From a virus, in IMG/VR virus record IMGVR_UViG_3300036715_000227, positions 2,353 to 66,352 of that record: 64,000 nt of DNA; one strand, 5' to 3'. The notes under the pieces are model-generated. The model was not told where the DNA came from. It saw nothing but the letters and a program-made list of their open reading frames with translations, and did no database searches. Below are positions 32,845-43,366 of this stretch, piece by piece. Numbering within the stretch: position 1 is the stretch's first letter; every line of letters begins with the position of its first letter. The translations under genes and the position numbers were made by a program.

Positions 32845-34314
32845 TTATCGTTTTGTCATGCCAGCCAAATATCGGATTAGTGCAAGAGGGTCTGCACTTT
32901 CGGTTGGTTGTGCATTTGGATCCACTGGTGCATCTTGTGGCACTGCATTTGGATCTGGATTCGGAGCAGGTTCGGGCGCTGGCTCAGGTTGTGGATTCTG
33001 TTCTGCGGTTGCTAACTCTTCTTCGATGTCGTCTGCAATGTAGCCCATACCGTTACCACGCATCCAATCCAAAATTGTTTGGCGTGTGTCAACTTCTGGA
33101 CCTTGTGAGTTAGCCAATTCAGTAATCTGGTCAGTTAAACTCTCGTCGTTGAAAATTTGGGACAATGCCAAATTGGCATCCAGGCCCTCTACACCGGCTT
33201 GTAATGATGCAGCCATAATCTCTTTAAGTGCATCAACTTTTTCGTCATCAGATTCAAAAGCGTCTTCTGTTACATTAGATGCCCAATCCTCAAACTGTTC
33301 GCCCATTGGAGTTGCCATGCTTTCTTGTTGCTTCTTATACGCACGATACACATAAGGTAATGCGTCGGTAAACTTTTCGTTATACACTTTCTTTACAAAA
33401 CGTTCGCGCAATGCATCAACATCGATGTCGTCTTCTACATCTGAATCTGGTTGATACGACTCCTTGAACTCAGTATAACCCTTGTGACCTGCTAAGTGGT
33501 GTAGATGACTCTTTAATTCGCTGTAGCGCGATACTGCTGCATCCGCCATTTGTGCTGTTTCCGAATCTTCAAACTGGCGGCGCTTTGCTTCGCGAACAAA
33601 ATGGCGCATAGAGCCCATCTCTGTTACCATTCCTTCAATACTGCGACCAATGTCATCAGCTATATCCCCGCCCTGGCTACAGTGCATCGCCATCGCCCTT
33701 GCGCCGTGTAAGTTCGTAAACGGTAGGAGGCGACGTTCACCTAAATGATTGTCGAGATAGATTGCTTCAATGTTACGTGAACGAGCACCATGACGCTCTT
33801 CATCTACCGCTGCACTGTGCTTAACACGGATCTTCACTGGTCCGCATTCCTGGAAGGACATATTACGTGTCCCGTACATTTTGCTTTCAGTAGCAATAGT
33901 AGATGGGCCCGACACATCGTTGCCGGTAAACTTTGCATCAGCCTTAGACTGCTGTTGAATATCTCTTAGGTCTAAACCACTCTTGTTAATATCGCGAGCA
34001 TCAAAGCTTAGGAAGTTTTGTTTTGCAAACTGACGTATACTGCGTAAGAAAGTAAACCATTCATCTTGCTGTACGTTATCTAAGTTATCAGTAATGTTCT
34101 TAGAGAAGTAAACCTTAAGACCGTCACCGTCAATGATACTCATTGTTACATTGCCAAAGTTCTCCCCGTCTTTAGCTACATAATCGAAGTTAAAAAAGCG
34201 AGCTTTTTCAGGATCGCTTGTACGCTTGGACTTCTCGTCGCCCAGATTCACGTTCTCAAAGCGAGTACGGATCTTGTCAAATAAATTCTCTGCTACTTTA
34301 TCAAGCTCGCGCAT
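32845..34314 (-). CDS. putative virion/head protein
   Basis: 489 aa acidic protein next to terminase; ends LIRYLAG. Confidence 0.6.
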   Translation of the reverse strand: MRELDKVAENLFDKIRTRFENVNLGDEKSKRTSDPEKARFFNFDYVAKDGENFGNVTMSIIDGDGLKVYFSKNITDNLDNVQQDEWFTFLRSIRQFAKQNFLSFDARDINKSGLDLRDIQQQSKADAKFTGNDVSGPSTIATESKMYGTRNMSFQECGPVKIRVKHSAAVDEERHGARSRNIEAIYLDNHLGERRLLPFTNLHGARAMAMHCSQGGDIADDIGRSIEGMVTEMGSMRHFVREAKRRQFEDSETAQMADAAVSRYSELKSHLHHLAGHKGYTEFKESYQPDSDVEDDIDVDALRERFVKKVYNEKFTDALPYVYRAYKKQQESMATPMGEQFEDWASNVTEDAFESDDEKVDALKEIMAASLQAGVEGLDANLALSQIFNDESLTDQITELANSQGPEVDTRQTILDWMRGNGMGYIADDIEEELATAEQNPQPEPAPEPAPNPDPNAVPQDAPVDPNAQPTESADPLALIRYLAGMTKR

Positions 34315-34330
34315 AATATTCCTTGTTTAC

Positions 34331-34465
34331 TTATTTATTGCTACCGCTCAAACTGCGAGGAATAACGTGGTGTCTCTCGACATAAACACTGAGCGGTAGT
34401 TCCCGGTGGTTAGCTGATTCAATTATTGAATGATACCATTTAGAATACTTGTTTGTGATGAACAT
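34331..34465 (-). pseudogene. truncated HNH endonuclease
   Basis: MFITNKYSKWYHSII..ERHHVIPRSLSGSNK*. Confidence 0.65.
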
Positions 34466-34495
34466 AAAGTATTTATCTAAATGTACGGTATAGGA

Positions 34496-35581
34496 TCAAT
34501 AATGATTTGACGAAAATACTGCAATCCACGGCAAAGGGTCAATGTAATCAGATGCATCGTTCATTCGTTCATCAAGGTCAGCATCAAAGCTTTGCAATGC
34601 TTGCATCATACGTATGGCTAATATTAGAGACATAACCAAATCGTCCGTCTCACCTTCTTTTGCTTCAAATGAATTGCCCTGGGCCACGAATGTTTTAAAC
34701 TCAGAGATCAGCAACTTAGAGGCAATGTGCAACTTCTTCTGTTCAATCATACTCTTTAGCTTTGCACACGCTGCCAACTTGCTCTTGTGCGTTGTATTAA
34801 AGCCCTTTCGTGCACGTTTCTGCCCAGGCTTACTTGGTTCAGTTAAAAATATGCCTCTAAAGTTTTCTTCACCGACTTGAGCAATAGCCATAAGCGCAGC
34901 TTCGCCCAGTGTATTATTTTCTACGCTGTAATAAATCTGGTTCTCTGTATTTGTCGTTTCGTACAAGTATTCAATGATGTCTTTCATAATCTGTACTTGT
35001 CGTTGAATAGGTGTCTTATTGTGATTCCATTCTCCTATTTGCTTTAAGCTTGGTAGCTCGATAATCTGAATAGCAGATGGGTCGCCGCCCGTACCTAACG
35101 ATGGATCTAATGACACTACATAAGTAGAGTGAGCATCTGGCTTCCCGTACCAACGCACAGTGCCTTGTCTCGATACCGGATCAATACCAGCCATCTCAAT
35201 GAGAGTCATCGAATTGATTAGCGTTTCATCATAAATCAAGAACTCGCAATTTTTAATGAGAATCCCATTTGCGTAGAATCTATGATTCTTTTCTACTTCC
35301 AATAAGTCGTACACTGGTTCTATATCGGCGACAGTCACAGATACAATCGTTTCTATTCCGTCATTGACGAATATTTTAGATCGTGGCTTTAATGATTCTG
35401 CTGCAACAATCTCAAATGTAGGCTTGAAGAATTTATGGTCAGGCGTGCATATAATATGTCTTGACTGTGTTTTAAGTAGCAATGTTTGCTTACTTCCCCG
35501 GCGCAGTAGTCCAGCAAAAGTTGACCACCCAGTATCTGTCAATACTTGCAATCCTATATTATTTTTTAATAAATCGTCCAC
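34496..35581 (-). CDS. terminase large subunit C-part: C-intein plus RNase H-like nuclease
   Basis: TPDH block B, VYDL, YANGILIKN|CEF; LDPSLG, VENN, DDLVM; likely GTG start after AAGGA. Confidence 0.88.
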   Translation of the reverse strand: MDDLLKNNIGLQVLTDTGWSTFAGLLRRGSKQTLLLKTQSRHIICTPDHKFFKPTFEIVAAESLKPRSKIFVNDGIETIVSVTVADIEPVYDLLEVEKNHRFYANGILIKNCEFLIYDETLINSMTLIEMAGIDPVSRQGTVRWYGKPDAHSTYVVSLDPSLGTGGDPSAIQIIELPSLKQIGEWNHNKTPIQRQVQIMKDIIEYLYETTNTENQIYYSVENNTLGEAALMAIAQVGEENFRGIFLTEPSKPGQKRARKGFNTTHKSKLAACAKLKSMIEQKKLHIASKLLISEFKTFVAQGNSFEAKEGETDDLVMSLILAIRMMQALQSFDADLDERMNDASDYIDPLPWIAVFSSNHY

Positions 35582-37121
35582 GAACAAATCCTTCTTCTTG
35601 TGTATTTTCTTTAAACTGCTTATTCACTACGCCGTTATTGTACCAAACTAATCCGAGCTTACCAACCTGGTCTTTTTTCAATCTACCTTTATTAAATCCA
35701 ATCGGGCACTCACTAGCGTATGTTTCAATTTGACTATCATTAAACCAACTCAACAAAATTTCTAATTCTCCTATTGTTACCTCGCGTATTTCTCCACTGG
35801 GCCACTTTAGTGTCACTATCGAATTTGCGCCCACACAACCGTGTTCGCGGCGGAAGCGTTCTTCACCGATACGCCCAATTTCCTCTGCCTTCCACACTTC
35901 GTCGCGATCAGGATGTTCGTCCCAGCTTGAGCGATATGCGCGGAATCCATTAGTGCCCAATGGGGTAACATTTCCAAACTCATCAAACGTCTTATTAGCT
36001 TGTTTCCATATTGTCGCAAACTGGTCTTCGTCTGAGTTAGGAGTGGAAGTAATAATAGCTTTACCACCAGTAGACAATGTAGGCGATATGGAAGTCCAAA
36101 ATTCTTTAGCAATGCTTGGTCTAACGAACGCAAACTCGTCACAGTTATGAGTTACTATGTTTCCGTTGACATAAAACTTGTGTGATATATGATCTACTTC
36201 GATAAGGTCATACACTGCACACGCACCTGATTCCCTTATAGTTTCTATCTCTACAGGTCCATCACTGGTATCAATAAAATCACCCACCTTCAGATCTTCT
36301 ACAGATATTTTTTCGTTACGCACGAAGAAAAAGTGCCTATGAGTAGCTTTAACTGATTGTCCGTTAACCAACTTTAATTCATATGTTTGTTTATTTTCTG
36401 CTTTAGTAACACCACGGAATCCGCGCCAGCCGCTCGGAGTGTCAATCAAATAGTTATTGTTTTCAACATAAGCGTCTACAATTTGATCAGGGTTACGAAG
36501 ATTCCAGTATAGTTCTTCTAAGATTACTGTCGATTCCTCGCCTGTTTTTTTGTTCTGCAGTCTTACTGTAGATTCACCGTGTAGGCAATATAGGAGCGAG
36601 ATAGACATACCCCGTCCTGTTGTTTCCGTGGTCGTTTGGGATACAATGCGAGAGCCATTTTCAAAGTCTATCGAGCCTTTGTTGTACGATGTAGCGCCTG
36701 CTCTAATGTGGTCCGGACATAGCTCGTATGCATAGCGAACACGCTGCATAATTTCTTGGGCACCTGTGTACTTGTGAGCCGCAATCAAAATCGTACTATC
36801 TGGCACAAACATTGCGTACCATAATAAATACCCGGCCGCACTGGTAGATTTGCCAGTCTGGCGTGGCATTAGACTGATTGAGAAACGGTAACTGTTGTAC
36901 GTATCGATTAGCTTCTTCTGATAGTCATATGGATGGTACAGCATCTTACCCTTTGTCGGGTGTTGGATATAAAAGAAGTTATCCATAAAGTATTGTGGCC
37001 CTGTTACAGGATCGGAACACAAGGCGAACTCTTGAATCTGCTGAGGAGTCCATAGTACGGATTTGTACGGTGTTTTAACAATAGCTTGTGGGTCTATTGG
37101 TTTTTTGGGTATATTGCTCAT
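35559..37121 (-). CDS. terminase large subunit N-part (ATPase) with mini-intein and N-intein
   Basis: PRQTGKS Walker A; intein CLHG..THN (36587-36144) in Walker B; EHG|CVGANS N-intein. Confidence 0.92.
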   Translation of the reverse strand: MSNIPKKPIDPQAIVKTPYKSVLWTPQQIQEFALCSDPVTGPQYFMDNFFYIQHPTKGKMLYHPYDYQKKLIDTYNSYRFSISLMPRQTGKSTSAAGYLLWYAMFVPDSTILIAAHKYTGAQEIMQRVRYAYELCPDHIRAGATSYNKGSIDFENGSRIVSQTTTETTGRGMSISLLYCLHGESTVRLQNKKTGEESTVILEELYWNLRNPDQIVDAYVENNNYLIDTPSGWRGFRGVTKAENKQTYELKLVNGQSVKATHRHFFFVRNEKISVEDLKVGDFIDTSDGPVEIETIRESGACAVYDLIEVDHISHKFYVNGNIVTHNCDEFAFVRPSIAKEFWTSISPTLSTGGKAIITSTPNSDEDQFATIWKQANKTFDEFGNVTPLGTNGFRAYRSSWDEHPDRDEVWKAEEIGRIGEERFRREHGCVGANSIVTLKWPSGEIREVTIGELEILLSWFNDSQIETYASECPIGFNKGRLKKDQVGKLGLVWYNNGVVNKQFKENTQEEGFVRGRFIKK

Positions 37122-37208
37122 AACTGTATTTAACAGTTTTGAAAAATGGTTGACTCAATAATCAGTTTAATGTACAATACACAATGTAAACCTTAGAGTA
37201 CATCGAAA

Positions 37209-37748
37209 ATGGAACAAACTTTAATTCTGAACCGGGACTTTAACCCAATCTCAATCTTACCTTTGAGCGTAATCGACTGGCAGCACGCCATCAAGTTATT
37301 CTTCTTGGATCGTGTTGAAATTTTGGAAACATATCCAGGGCGAGTCATTCGCAGTGAAAAGCTTGAAATTGAAATTCCGTCCGTTGTAATGACTAAGGAA
37401 TACTTCAATTTCAAGAAGAGTGTAAAGTTCTCCAAGCACAACCTGTTCTTGCGTGACCTGTACACTTGCCAATACTGCGGTGAAATGTTCCGTGAAGCTG
37501 ACTTGACGAATGACCACGTTATTCCTCGGGTTGCTGGCGGCAAGACAACTTGGGAAAACTGCACAACGGCTTGCAAGGTTTGTAACTCCAAGAAGGGACA
37601 CAAGCTGCAAAAGCCAATGCGTATGCCATTCAAGCCAGACTACTACAGCCTGGTCAAGCAATGGAAGCAACGTGCACAACCGTTCCAAGTTTCACACGAA
37701 AGCTGGAACCGTTACTTGGGCTTAACTGCTAAGGTAGCGAACGGTTAA
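37209..37748 (+). CDS. HNH endonuclease (McrA-like)
   Basis: RDLYTCQYCG..DHVIPR..GG..WEN..ACKVCN; TTGACT-N17-TACAAT promoter. Confidence 0.9.
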   Translation: MEQTLILNRDFNPISILPLSVIDWQHAIKLFFLDRVEILETYPGRVIRSEKLEIEIPSVVMTKEYFNFKKSVKFSKHNLFLRDLYTCQYCGEMFREADLTNDHVIPRVAGGKTTWENCTTACKVCNSKKGHKLQKPMRMPFKPDYYSLVKQWKQRAQPFQVSHESWNRYLGLTAKVANG

Positions 37749-38518
37749 CGGAACGTATTGAGAGATGGGTTGTACTGTTTAATCAGTTCCATCTCTCTTG
37801 CGTGAGCAGGTCTCTTACCACGCACAACTTCAAGTAGCCCGTAAGTGAAAGCTTCCGGGCCATACTCACGAATGGACTTGCATAGTCCCCAATCCTTTTC
37901 CTCTACCCTTGCTCGCTGTGCATGTTTTTGCATACGCACCCACAGAGCTTTTTTCAAGTTAGGACGACCAGCGGTGATGCCTATGTATTGCTCACCTGTG
38001 ATTATGTTTGTTATGACGTATATTCCATGATTGCAATCATTTCTTTTCTTACGCTTCTTGATTGCCGCGACCAGGTCAGGATCAACTGCTTCATTTGTTG
38101 AGCCACCTGCGTCAGTGGGATCTGTTGGTTTGGACATTAGTGTATTGCGAATCTCGTCCATTCCCAGCTTTTCATTCTTCTCAAAATCATCTGCTGTTAG
38201 GTTGTCCTTTTGGGAGAACCATAAACGGAACCATTCGTCAGTTCCGGGAACTAAGTTCTTTTCTTTTTCAATTTTGCGTTTGTCGAGGTTGCCGCCTGTA
38301 GTGCCCATTGGTGACTTAATGCCCCACGGATTGTCTCCTGCGGGTGCCATTGGGTTTTGCTGCGATGAATTTTGCAGACCCATTTGCGAGTTAACATCTT
38401 CGCCTAACTGTGGTAAGCCGGCAAGTCGGCGCAAGTCTGCTAAGTCGCGTGGGTTCATAAACGCATCTGGATCTAGCGTCTCGCCAGGAGATACAAAATC
38501 AGCAGAGGTTAAACGCAT
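37745..38518 (-). CDS. head-protein-like domain fused to GIY-YIG nuclease
   Basis: LADLRRLAGL, PGTDEWF; C-terminal GIYVI..YIGIT..R..E..N. Confidence 0.7.
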   Translation of the reverse strand: MRLTSADFVSPGETLDPDAFMNPRDLADLRRLAGLPQLGEDVNSQMGLQNSSQQNPMAPAGDNPWGIKSPMGTTGGNLDKRKIEKEKNLVPGTDEWFRLWFSQKDNLTADDFEKNEKLGMDEIRNTLMSKPTDPTDAGGSTNEAVDPDLVAAIKKRKKRNDCNHGIYVITNIITGEQYIGITAGRPNLKKALWVRMQKHAQRARVEEKDWGLCKSIREYGPEAFTYGLLEVVRGKRPAHAREMELIKQYNPSLNTFR

Positions 38519-38901
38519 TAGACACCGTACTTGTTTTTCTTGCGAGGAGCGACGATACTCTGTTTATTAGTGCCGTCCATCTCTCTGGATTTGCGGTCAG
38601 ATGCAGTAGTTTGATACTCTGAGTCAATAGTCGCAAAGGCTGCATCCATCATGTTATGCTCTTCGTCTGTGTAAGGGCGGGCAACGTTATACTTCTCTAC
38701 CCACGATGCTTGATCCATGTCCACTGCTTTTTTAGACTTACCGTCTGCCATTGCAGTAGCCATCATAATACGGTGCAAGTGATATGTACGATCATACCCA
38801 CCTACGTCACGGAAGCGCACCTCCCCTTTACTAGCTGTTGCTGGTACTAGTGGCTGGGTGCCTTCGCGACCTTCGGAAACGATAATCTCGTTAATTTTCA
38901 T
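38518..38901 (-). CDS. putative internal head protein
   Basis: MKINEIIVSE leader. Confidence 0.55.
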   Translation of the reverse strand: MKINEIIVSEGREGTQPLVPATASKGEVRFRDVGGYDRTYHLHRIMMATAMADGKSKKAVDMDQASWVEKYNVARPYTDEEHNMMDAAFATIDSEYQTTASDRKSREMDGTNKQSIVAPRKKNKYGV

Positions 38902-38902
38902 A

Positions 38903-41266
38903 TTACTTCTTAATCTTCATTGCTTGATATTCAGCCATCAAGTCGCGGCCCATGGACTGCACTGGATCAGCTGATTCTTTGGCTACATTACGGTCCACAG
39001 AACGGTTAAATGTTTCAGCATCCTTTGCAGCATTTGGCAAATTGTTTGCGTTTGTAAAACGAGCTTGTGCTGCGTGACCGCGCATTAATCCGCCTTTGTT
39101 TGGACCGCCTGCGATCTTGCCGATTGCCTTCATAACACCAGTACCACGACGATCAGCTTTCATGTCATCCGGTTCGTGTGCACGTTGGTCATTTGCTTTC
39201 TTAGCATACGAGCCCAATGTGTTCTTGCTTAGTTCATTAACTTGCTCGTCACCAGCCATTGGGTTGTTCCCGGGCTGGCGCATTGGGAAGTTTTGTCTCT
39301 TCTGGCGATTCATATCGTCACCAGCAGAAGTAATCTTCTCTACGCTTTGATATTGCGGAGCAGGTTCGTTCTCGTATTCTTCTTCCATTTCCTCTGCACC
39401 GCTATCGCCCATGTTCTCGTCGCCTTGTGCAGCGATGATAACTTCTTGTTCTGCTGCTGCATCGCTACCGCCCATGCCAGCGTTCTTCAACATGTCAAGT
39501 AATGCAACCGCCGCTTCGCCGTCTGCTGTTACTGTAATGCTCTTTGTGCCATCGCTGCTTTGGTTAGTGGAGATGTTCATCTTGGAATCATCTTCACATT
39601 CTTCTGCACTCATGTCGCCACCGATAACGGAAACAGACTCGGTAGTGATGCCAGCTAAACGAGCTAGATCATCTAAATCTTTGGTACCGTTGTTACGTGC
39701 TAGATTCACAGGATCAGAGATGCTGTCTGCACGTGGTGCACGTACTTGGTCTAAGCTTAAAGGCGCTTGGCCCGCTGCTTTGCGCTGTACTGCTGGCACT
39801 GTTAATGGATCAACTGCTTCGTCCATTGCTGGGTGCTCTTGGTCAAAACGTTGGCATACCCATTCGTATGGATCACCAGTACGTGCTTTAGCAACACCGT
39901 ATGGCATTTCGCCTGCGTTCAAATAGTAATCAAACAATGCTTCGTATAAGTCGTTGTCCATATCGCCGCCAGCTTGGAACTGCTTTACTTCGTGCTTGAA
40001 ACGATTCAAGATATGCTCGAAAGCGTCTTGTCCGCCAGCAGCTTCAGTTAAGTAGCCTTTGAAGTTAGTTGGGCGAGCGCCCTCGCTAACTGCCGCTTTA
40101 CGGTTGATCTTGCTGTCACCCATGTTACGCTTGCCGCCAGTGCTTTGGTTGTACCAATCAGCTGGGCCAGTTGCTGCAGGGCCAGAAGGGCGCACTGCGC
40201 CAGGTGGCTTGCTGGATGGTGGCTTGATAGGCGCAGGACCTTGGCGCACTGTTGTGAAACGCGGGGTGCCATCTTTGTTCTTCATGTTACGTGCCATGTT
40301 AGCAAAATCATCACCTAGCCCTTCTTGCTTAACTGCTGCTACACGGCCCTTTTCTGTTCCTACATCAGCAATCTTGTGCTTAACACCTGGCTTGCCTGGT
40401 AGTTTAGTAGGTGCTGGTCCAAATAAGAAACGATGCAAGCCCAATGTGCCCTGTGGTGCACTGTTTTCTTCTCCGGCCGCTGGCTGTGCACGTGGACGAC
40501 CGCGACCACGTGGTGCATTAGGGTCAATACCCTTGGCTGCTAATTCTGCTGCTTTTTGTGCACGTAGCAATGCTGGTAATCCTTTTGGACGACCGCGACC
40601 ACGAGCCACTTGACCTGCTGGTAATGCTGAAGGGACATCATCATCATACTTGTTACCGTAGCCGCCTTTGCCTGCCTTGTGAACACGACCTGTATCTGTA
40701 TCTAATGTCTCTGGACCTTCGTCAGGACGGTCATACCATTGGATATCATCGCCAGCGCCTTCATCTAAATCACCGTCATCCCATTCGCTAGGAGTAGTGT
40801 CTGGGTCGCGCTTTGTTTCTTTAACTGGCTTCTTCTCATCCTTCTTACCGGACATGCTCTTACGCATATCAGCTTTAGACTTGACATACTTCTTCTTGAA
40901 GTCAGCGTCGGATACTTCTTTAGCCTTCAACTCATAGTCAAGGTCAGACATCTTGCCTTCTTTAACTTTTTTGTCCGACTTAAACTTCTCAGTAGTTTTT
41001 TTATCTTTATCTGCTTGCTTGACTGCTTTATCTTTGGCTGCGTCTTGCTTTCTGTAGTGGTCAAAGTCGATTTTACTTTTTTCGCTCTTGTGCTTTGCGA
41101 ATGCTTCGCTCAATTTCTTTTCAACGCCTTTAACACCGCCCATAATGCTACCCTTAGCTTCGACGCTCTCGTAGATTTTTTGTGCTTGCTGCTTAGGAGT
41201 TTCAACTTCGGCTGGTTTAGTAGCGTTGTTGAATGCTGCTAAGATGTTATATAGATTGTTGGACAT
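38903..41266 (-). CDS. putative internal head/core protein
   Basis: 787 aa low complexity, RGRGRP AT-hooks, many xxE sites, LARLAGI. Confidence 0.6.
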   Translation of the reverse strand: MSNNLYNILAAFNNATKPAEVETPKQQAQKIYESVEAKGSIMGGVKGVEKKLSEAFAKHKSEKSKIDFDHYRKQDAAKDKAVKQADKDKKTTEKFKSDKKVKEGKMSDLDYELKAKEVSDADFKKKYVKSKADMRKSMSGKKDEKKPVKETKRDPDTTPSEWDDGDLDEGAGDDIQWYDRPDEGPETLDTDTGRVHKAGKGGYGNKYDDDVPSALPAGQVARGRGRPKGLPALLRAQKAAELAAKGIDPNAPRGRGRPRAQPAAGEENSAPQGTLGLHRFLFGPAPTKLPGKPGVKHKIADVGTEKGRVAAVKQEGLGDDFANMARNMKNKDGTPRFTTVRQGPAPIKPPSSKPPGAVRPSGPAATGPADWYNQSTGGKRNMGDSKINRKAAVSEGARPTNFKGYLTEAAGGQDAFEHILNRFKHEVKQFQAGGDMDNDLYEALFDYYLNAGEMPYGVAKARTGDPYEWVCQRFDQEHPAMDEAVDPLTVPAVQRKAAGQAPLSLDQVRAPRADSISDPVNLARNNGTKDLDDLARLAGITTESVSVIGGDMSAEECEDDSKMNISTNQSSDGTKSITVTADGEAAVALLDMLKNAGMGGSDAAAEQEVIIAAQGDENMGDSGAEEMEEEYENEPAPQYQSVEKITSAGDDMNRQKRQNFPMRQPGNNPMAGDEQVNELSKNTLGSYAKKANDQRAHEPDDMKADRRGTGVMKAIGKIAGGPNKGGLMRGHAAQARFTNANNLPNAAKDAETFNRSVDRNVAKESADPVQSMGRDLMAEYQAMKIKK

Positions 41267-41853
41267 TATTTTGCTGCCTTTTTAACTGGGGAAGGGATTT
41301 TGTTTTGTGTTGAGCCAACTGGGCTCTTTGTGTCAGCTGGTGTTGCTGCTTTTTGTGCGGCTGGACGAGTTTCGATACCAGGGGCTTTGCCCTTAGTTAA
41401 TTCTTTTAACATGCTGTCAGTACGTGCTTGGCCAACTGCTTCTTGTCCGCCTGCTTCGGATTTTAATTCTGGGTCAGTTAAACGTGCGCCTTTAACATCT
41501 TTGCCAAGTGCTTCTGCACGTTCGTTAAGGTCATCTTCGTCCTTTGTGTATACGCATACGCACTCAGGGTTAACACCAGCACGTTCACGGATCATTTGGC
41601 GAAGCAAGTTAGTTGTCGTTGGATACTTAACAGTAACTTCAAATACCCAAGCTTCGCATGGGCCCATCTTAGGGAAGTCACGGTGTTCTTGAATTGGGAT
41701 GCTACGTGCTGTAGAGATTGTGTCTACTTCGTACACGTCAAGAGCATTCTTGATACGCTCCATCACTGCGCCTTTTGGGTTTACACCCGCAATCTTAACA
41801 CGATATTCATATGTCTTGTTAAGCTGAAAAATATATTCTTGGAGATTTTGCAT
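41266..41853 (-). CDS. putative structural protein
   Basis: 195 aa in late cluster. Confidence 0.55.
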   Translation of the reverse strand: MQNLQEYIFQLNKTYEYRVKIAGVNPKGAVMERIKNALDVYEVDTISTARSIPIQEHRDFPKMGPCEAWVFEVTVKYPTTTNLLRQMIRERAGVNPECVCVYTKDEDDLNERAEALGKDVKGARLTDPELKSEAGGQEAVGQARTDSMLKELTKGKAPGIETRPAAQKAATPADTKSPVGSTQNKIPSPVKKAAK

Positions 41854-41889
41854 ATTGGGTTCCTATTACATATTTAGTAATAAATCATC

Positions 41890-42420
41890 TTATTCAGTTT
41901 TAGGTTTGTTTTGTGCCAGGATGGATGCCAGTAATGCATTGCGGTCAAGCACCATGCCTTGACCGTCCATTGGCTCTTCTACATCTGCACCTTCTTTAAC
42001 TGCTTTAGCATCTTTGAGTATTTGGTGATCAAGCCTAGCCTTTTGTAGTTGCAAGCCAATCATTCGTAGCTTTTTATCCATCTTAGCTGTCTTGGCAGTT
42101 ATAGCGTGTCCAAGTAATACAGATGCAGTTTGGAAAATAGGACCAGCAAAGCGCGGGTCAACATTGAATGCTAGATCAATCATATCTGTCGCTTTTTCTT
42201 TTGCTAAAGTAGACAGCTCGTCTAAATCAACATCTGATTGATCAAGATCGTGAACAAATGGTAGTGCAGCATCTATCTTGTCAATACCAGCGTCCAACTG
42301 CACTAACGCCTCTTTATTAGTTGCCAGCATATCTTCCATGGCTTTTTGATCTTCTTTGGATACCGGGTCTACAAAATTTGAGTCTGGCAAGTTCAATAAA
42401 TCTGATAATTTTTTTGTCAT
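41890..42420 (-). CDS. putative terminase small subunit-like protein
   Basis: Helical, DRNALL C-terminus; position-based guess. Confidence 0.4.
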   Translation of the reverse strand: MTKKLSDLLNLPDSNFVDPVSKEDQKAMEDMLATNKEALVQLDAGIDKIDAALPFVHDLDQSDVDLDELSTLAKEKATDMIDLAFNVDPRFAGPIFQTASVLLGHAITAKTAKMDKKLRMIGLQLQKARLDHQILKDAKAVKEGADVEEPMDGQGMVLDRNALLASILAQNKPKTE

Positions 42421-42545
42421 GCTGTATTTAGTTTGCAGTTTTCACCGTGCCAACGATTAAAGTTAGATTGCCCTGCTACTATTCGTGCACAATGCTCATA
42501 AGCGTTAAAGTAGCCGTAGCCGCCAAGTTCGCGAGCTACGCTTAT

Positions 42546-42977
42546 TTATGCTCTGCCTTGATTGAAAATATCATGTTCAGTCACTACTCTAAAGCGAAGC
42601 CCATGTGCTGCACAGTACGCCTGAGCCGCTTGCCATTTAGCCATATTCAATATAGCCGCTGCTTTGTCTCTAGTAGACTTAGCATGTTCTAGTGTAGTCT
42701 CTTTAAGTGGTTTAACTTCTAGAATTTCACCATGATTTTTGCCTGCCTTATCAACGTACATGATAAAGAAGTCTGGCACATAGATAGTATTCTTACCAGT
42801 AAAAGGATTCCTATAGTTAATGTGAATTGCTTCGCTTGCCCACTGTAGTATAGCAGGATTGTTGTCAAAGAATGTCATCACTGTGAGTTCCCAGGATGAC
42901 CGGTAAGTAGGAGTCTTTTTGCCTACATACTTTGCTGTATTGCGTGGCTGAAACTGACCTTGTGCATATTTTGACAT
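42546..42977 (-). CDS. head completion nuclease (T4 gp4-like)
   Basis: YRSSWE..WASE..YVPDF..EVKP..KW. Confidence 0.9.
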   Translation of the reverse strand: MSKYAQGQFQPRNTAKYVGKKTPTYRSSWELTVMTFFDNNPAILQWASEAIHINYRNPFTGKNTIYVPDFFIMYVDKAGKNHGEILEVKPLKETTLEHAKSTRDKAAAILNMAKWQAAQAYCAAHGLRFRVVTEHDIFNQGRA

Positions 42978-43366
42978 TATGGTAGAATTGCTCGTGCAAC
43001 GTATTTGCTAGTTACTGGTTGCGTAGTAAGACCCAGTAAACTTGTGCCCACACGTTGTAAGTTCAGGAACATAGCAAGGTAAGAGTTAATCTCGCCTTTA
43101 GGTAACTTAGTAAACTCTGACAAAATTGACATAGGGTTAACACCGCGTGTCCGTGCAGTGTACATGACTGCACTAGCAAGTATTTTAGCTGATTCTTTAT
43201 TATCGGCCACAGTTTCGAAGTAACTAATCACTGCATCGTCTACATTAGGACTAACAGTAAACGTAGGACTAAAGAAATTATTGAAGTATTTGTTCGCGTC
43301 TGTATTAGCGTTAGATGTTAAATCTACCGGTTCTAGGTTGTAACTATTTTGACTTGTGCTGCTCAT
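42977..43366 (-). CDS. putative structural protein
   Basis: 129 aa, coupled. Confidence 0.55.
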   Translation of the reverse strand: MSSTSQNSYNLEPVDLTSNANTDANKYFNNFFSPTFTVSPNVDDAVISYFETVADNKESAKILASAVMYTARTRGVNPMSILSEFTKLPKGEINSYLAMFLNLQRVGTSLLGLTTQPVTSKYVARAILP

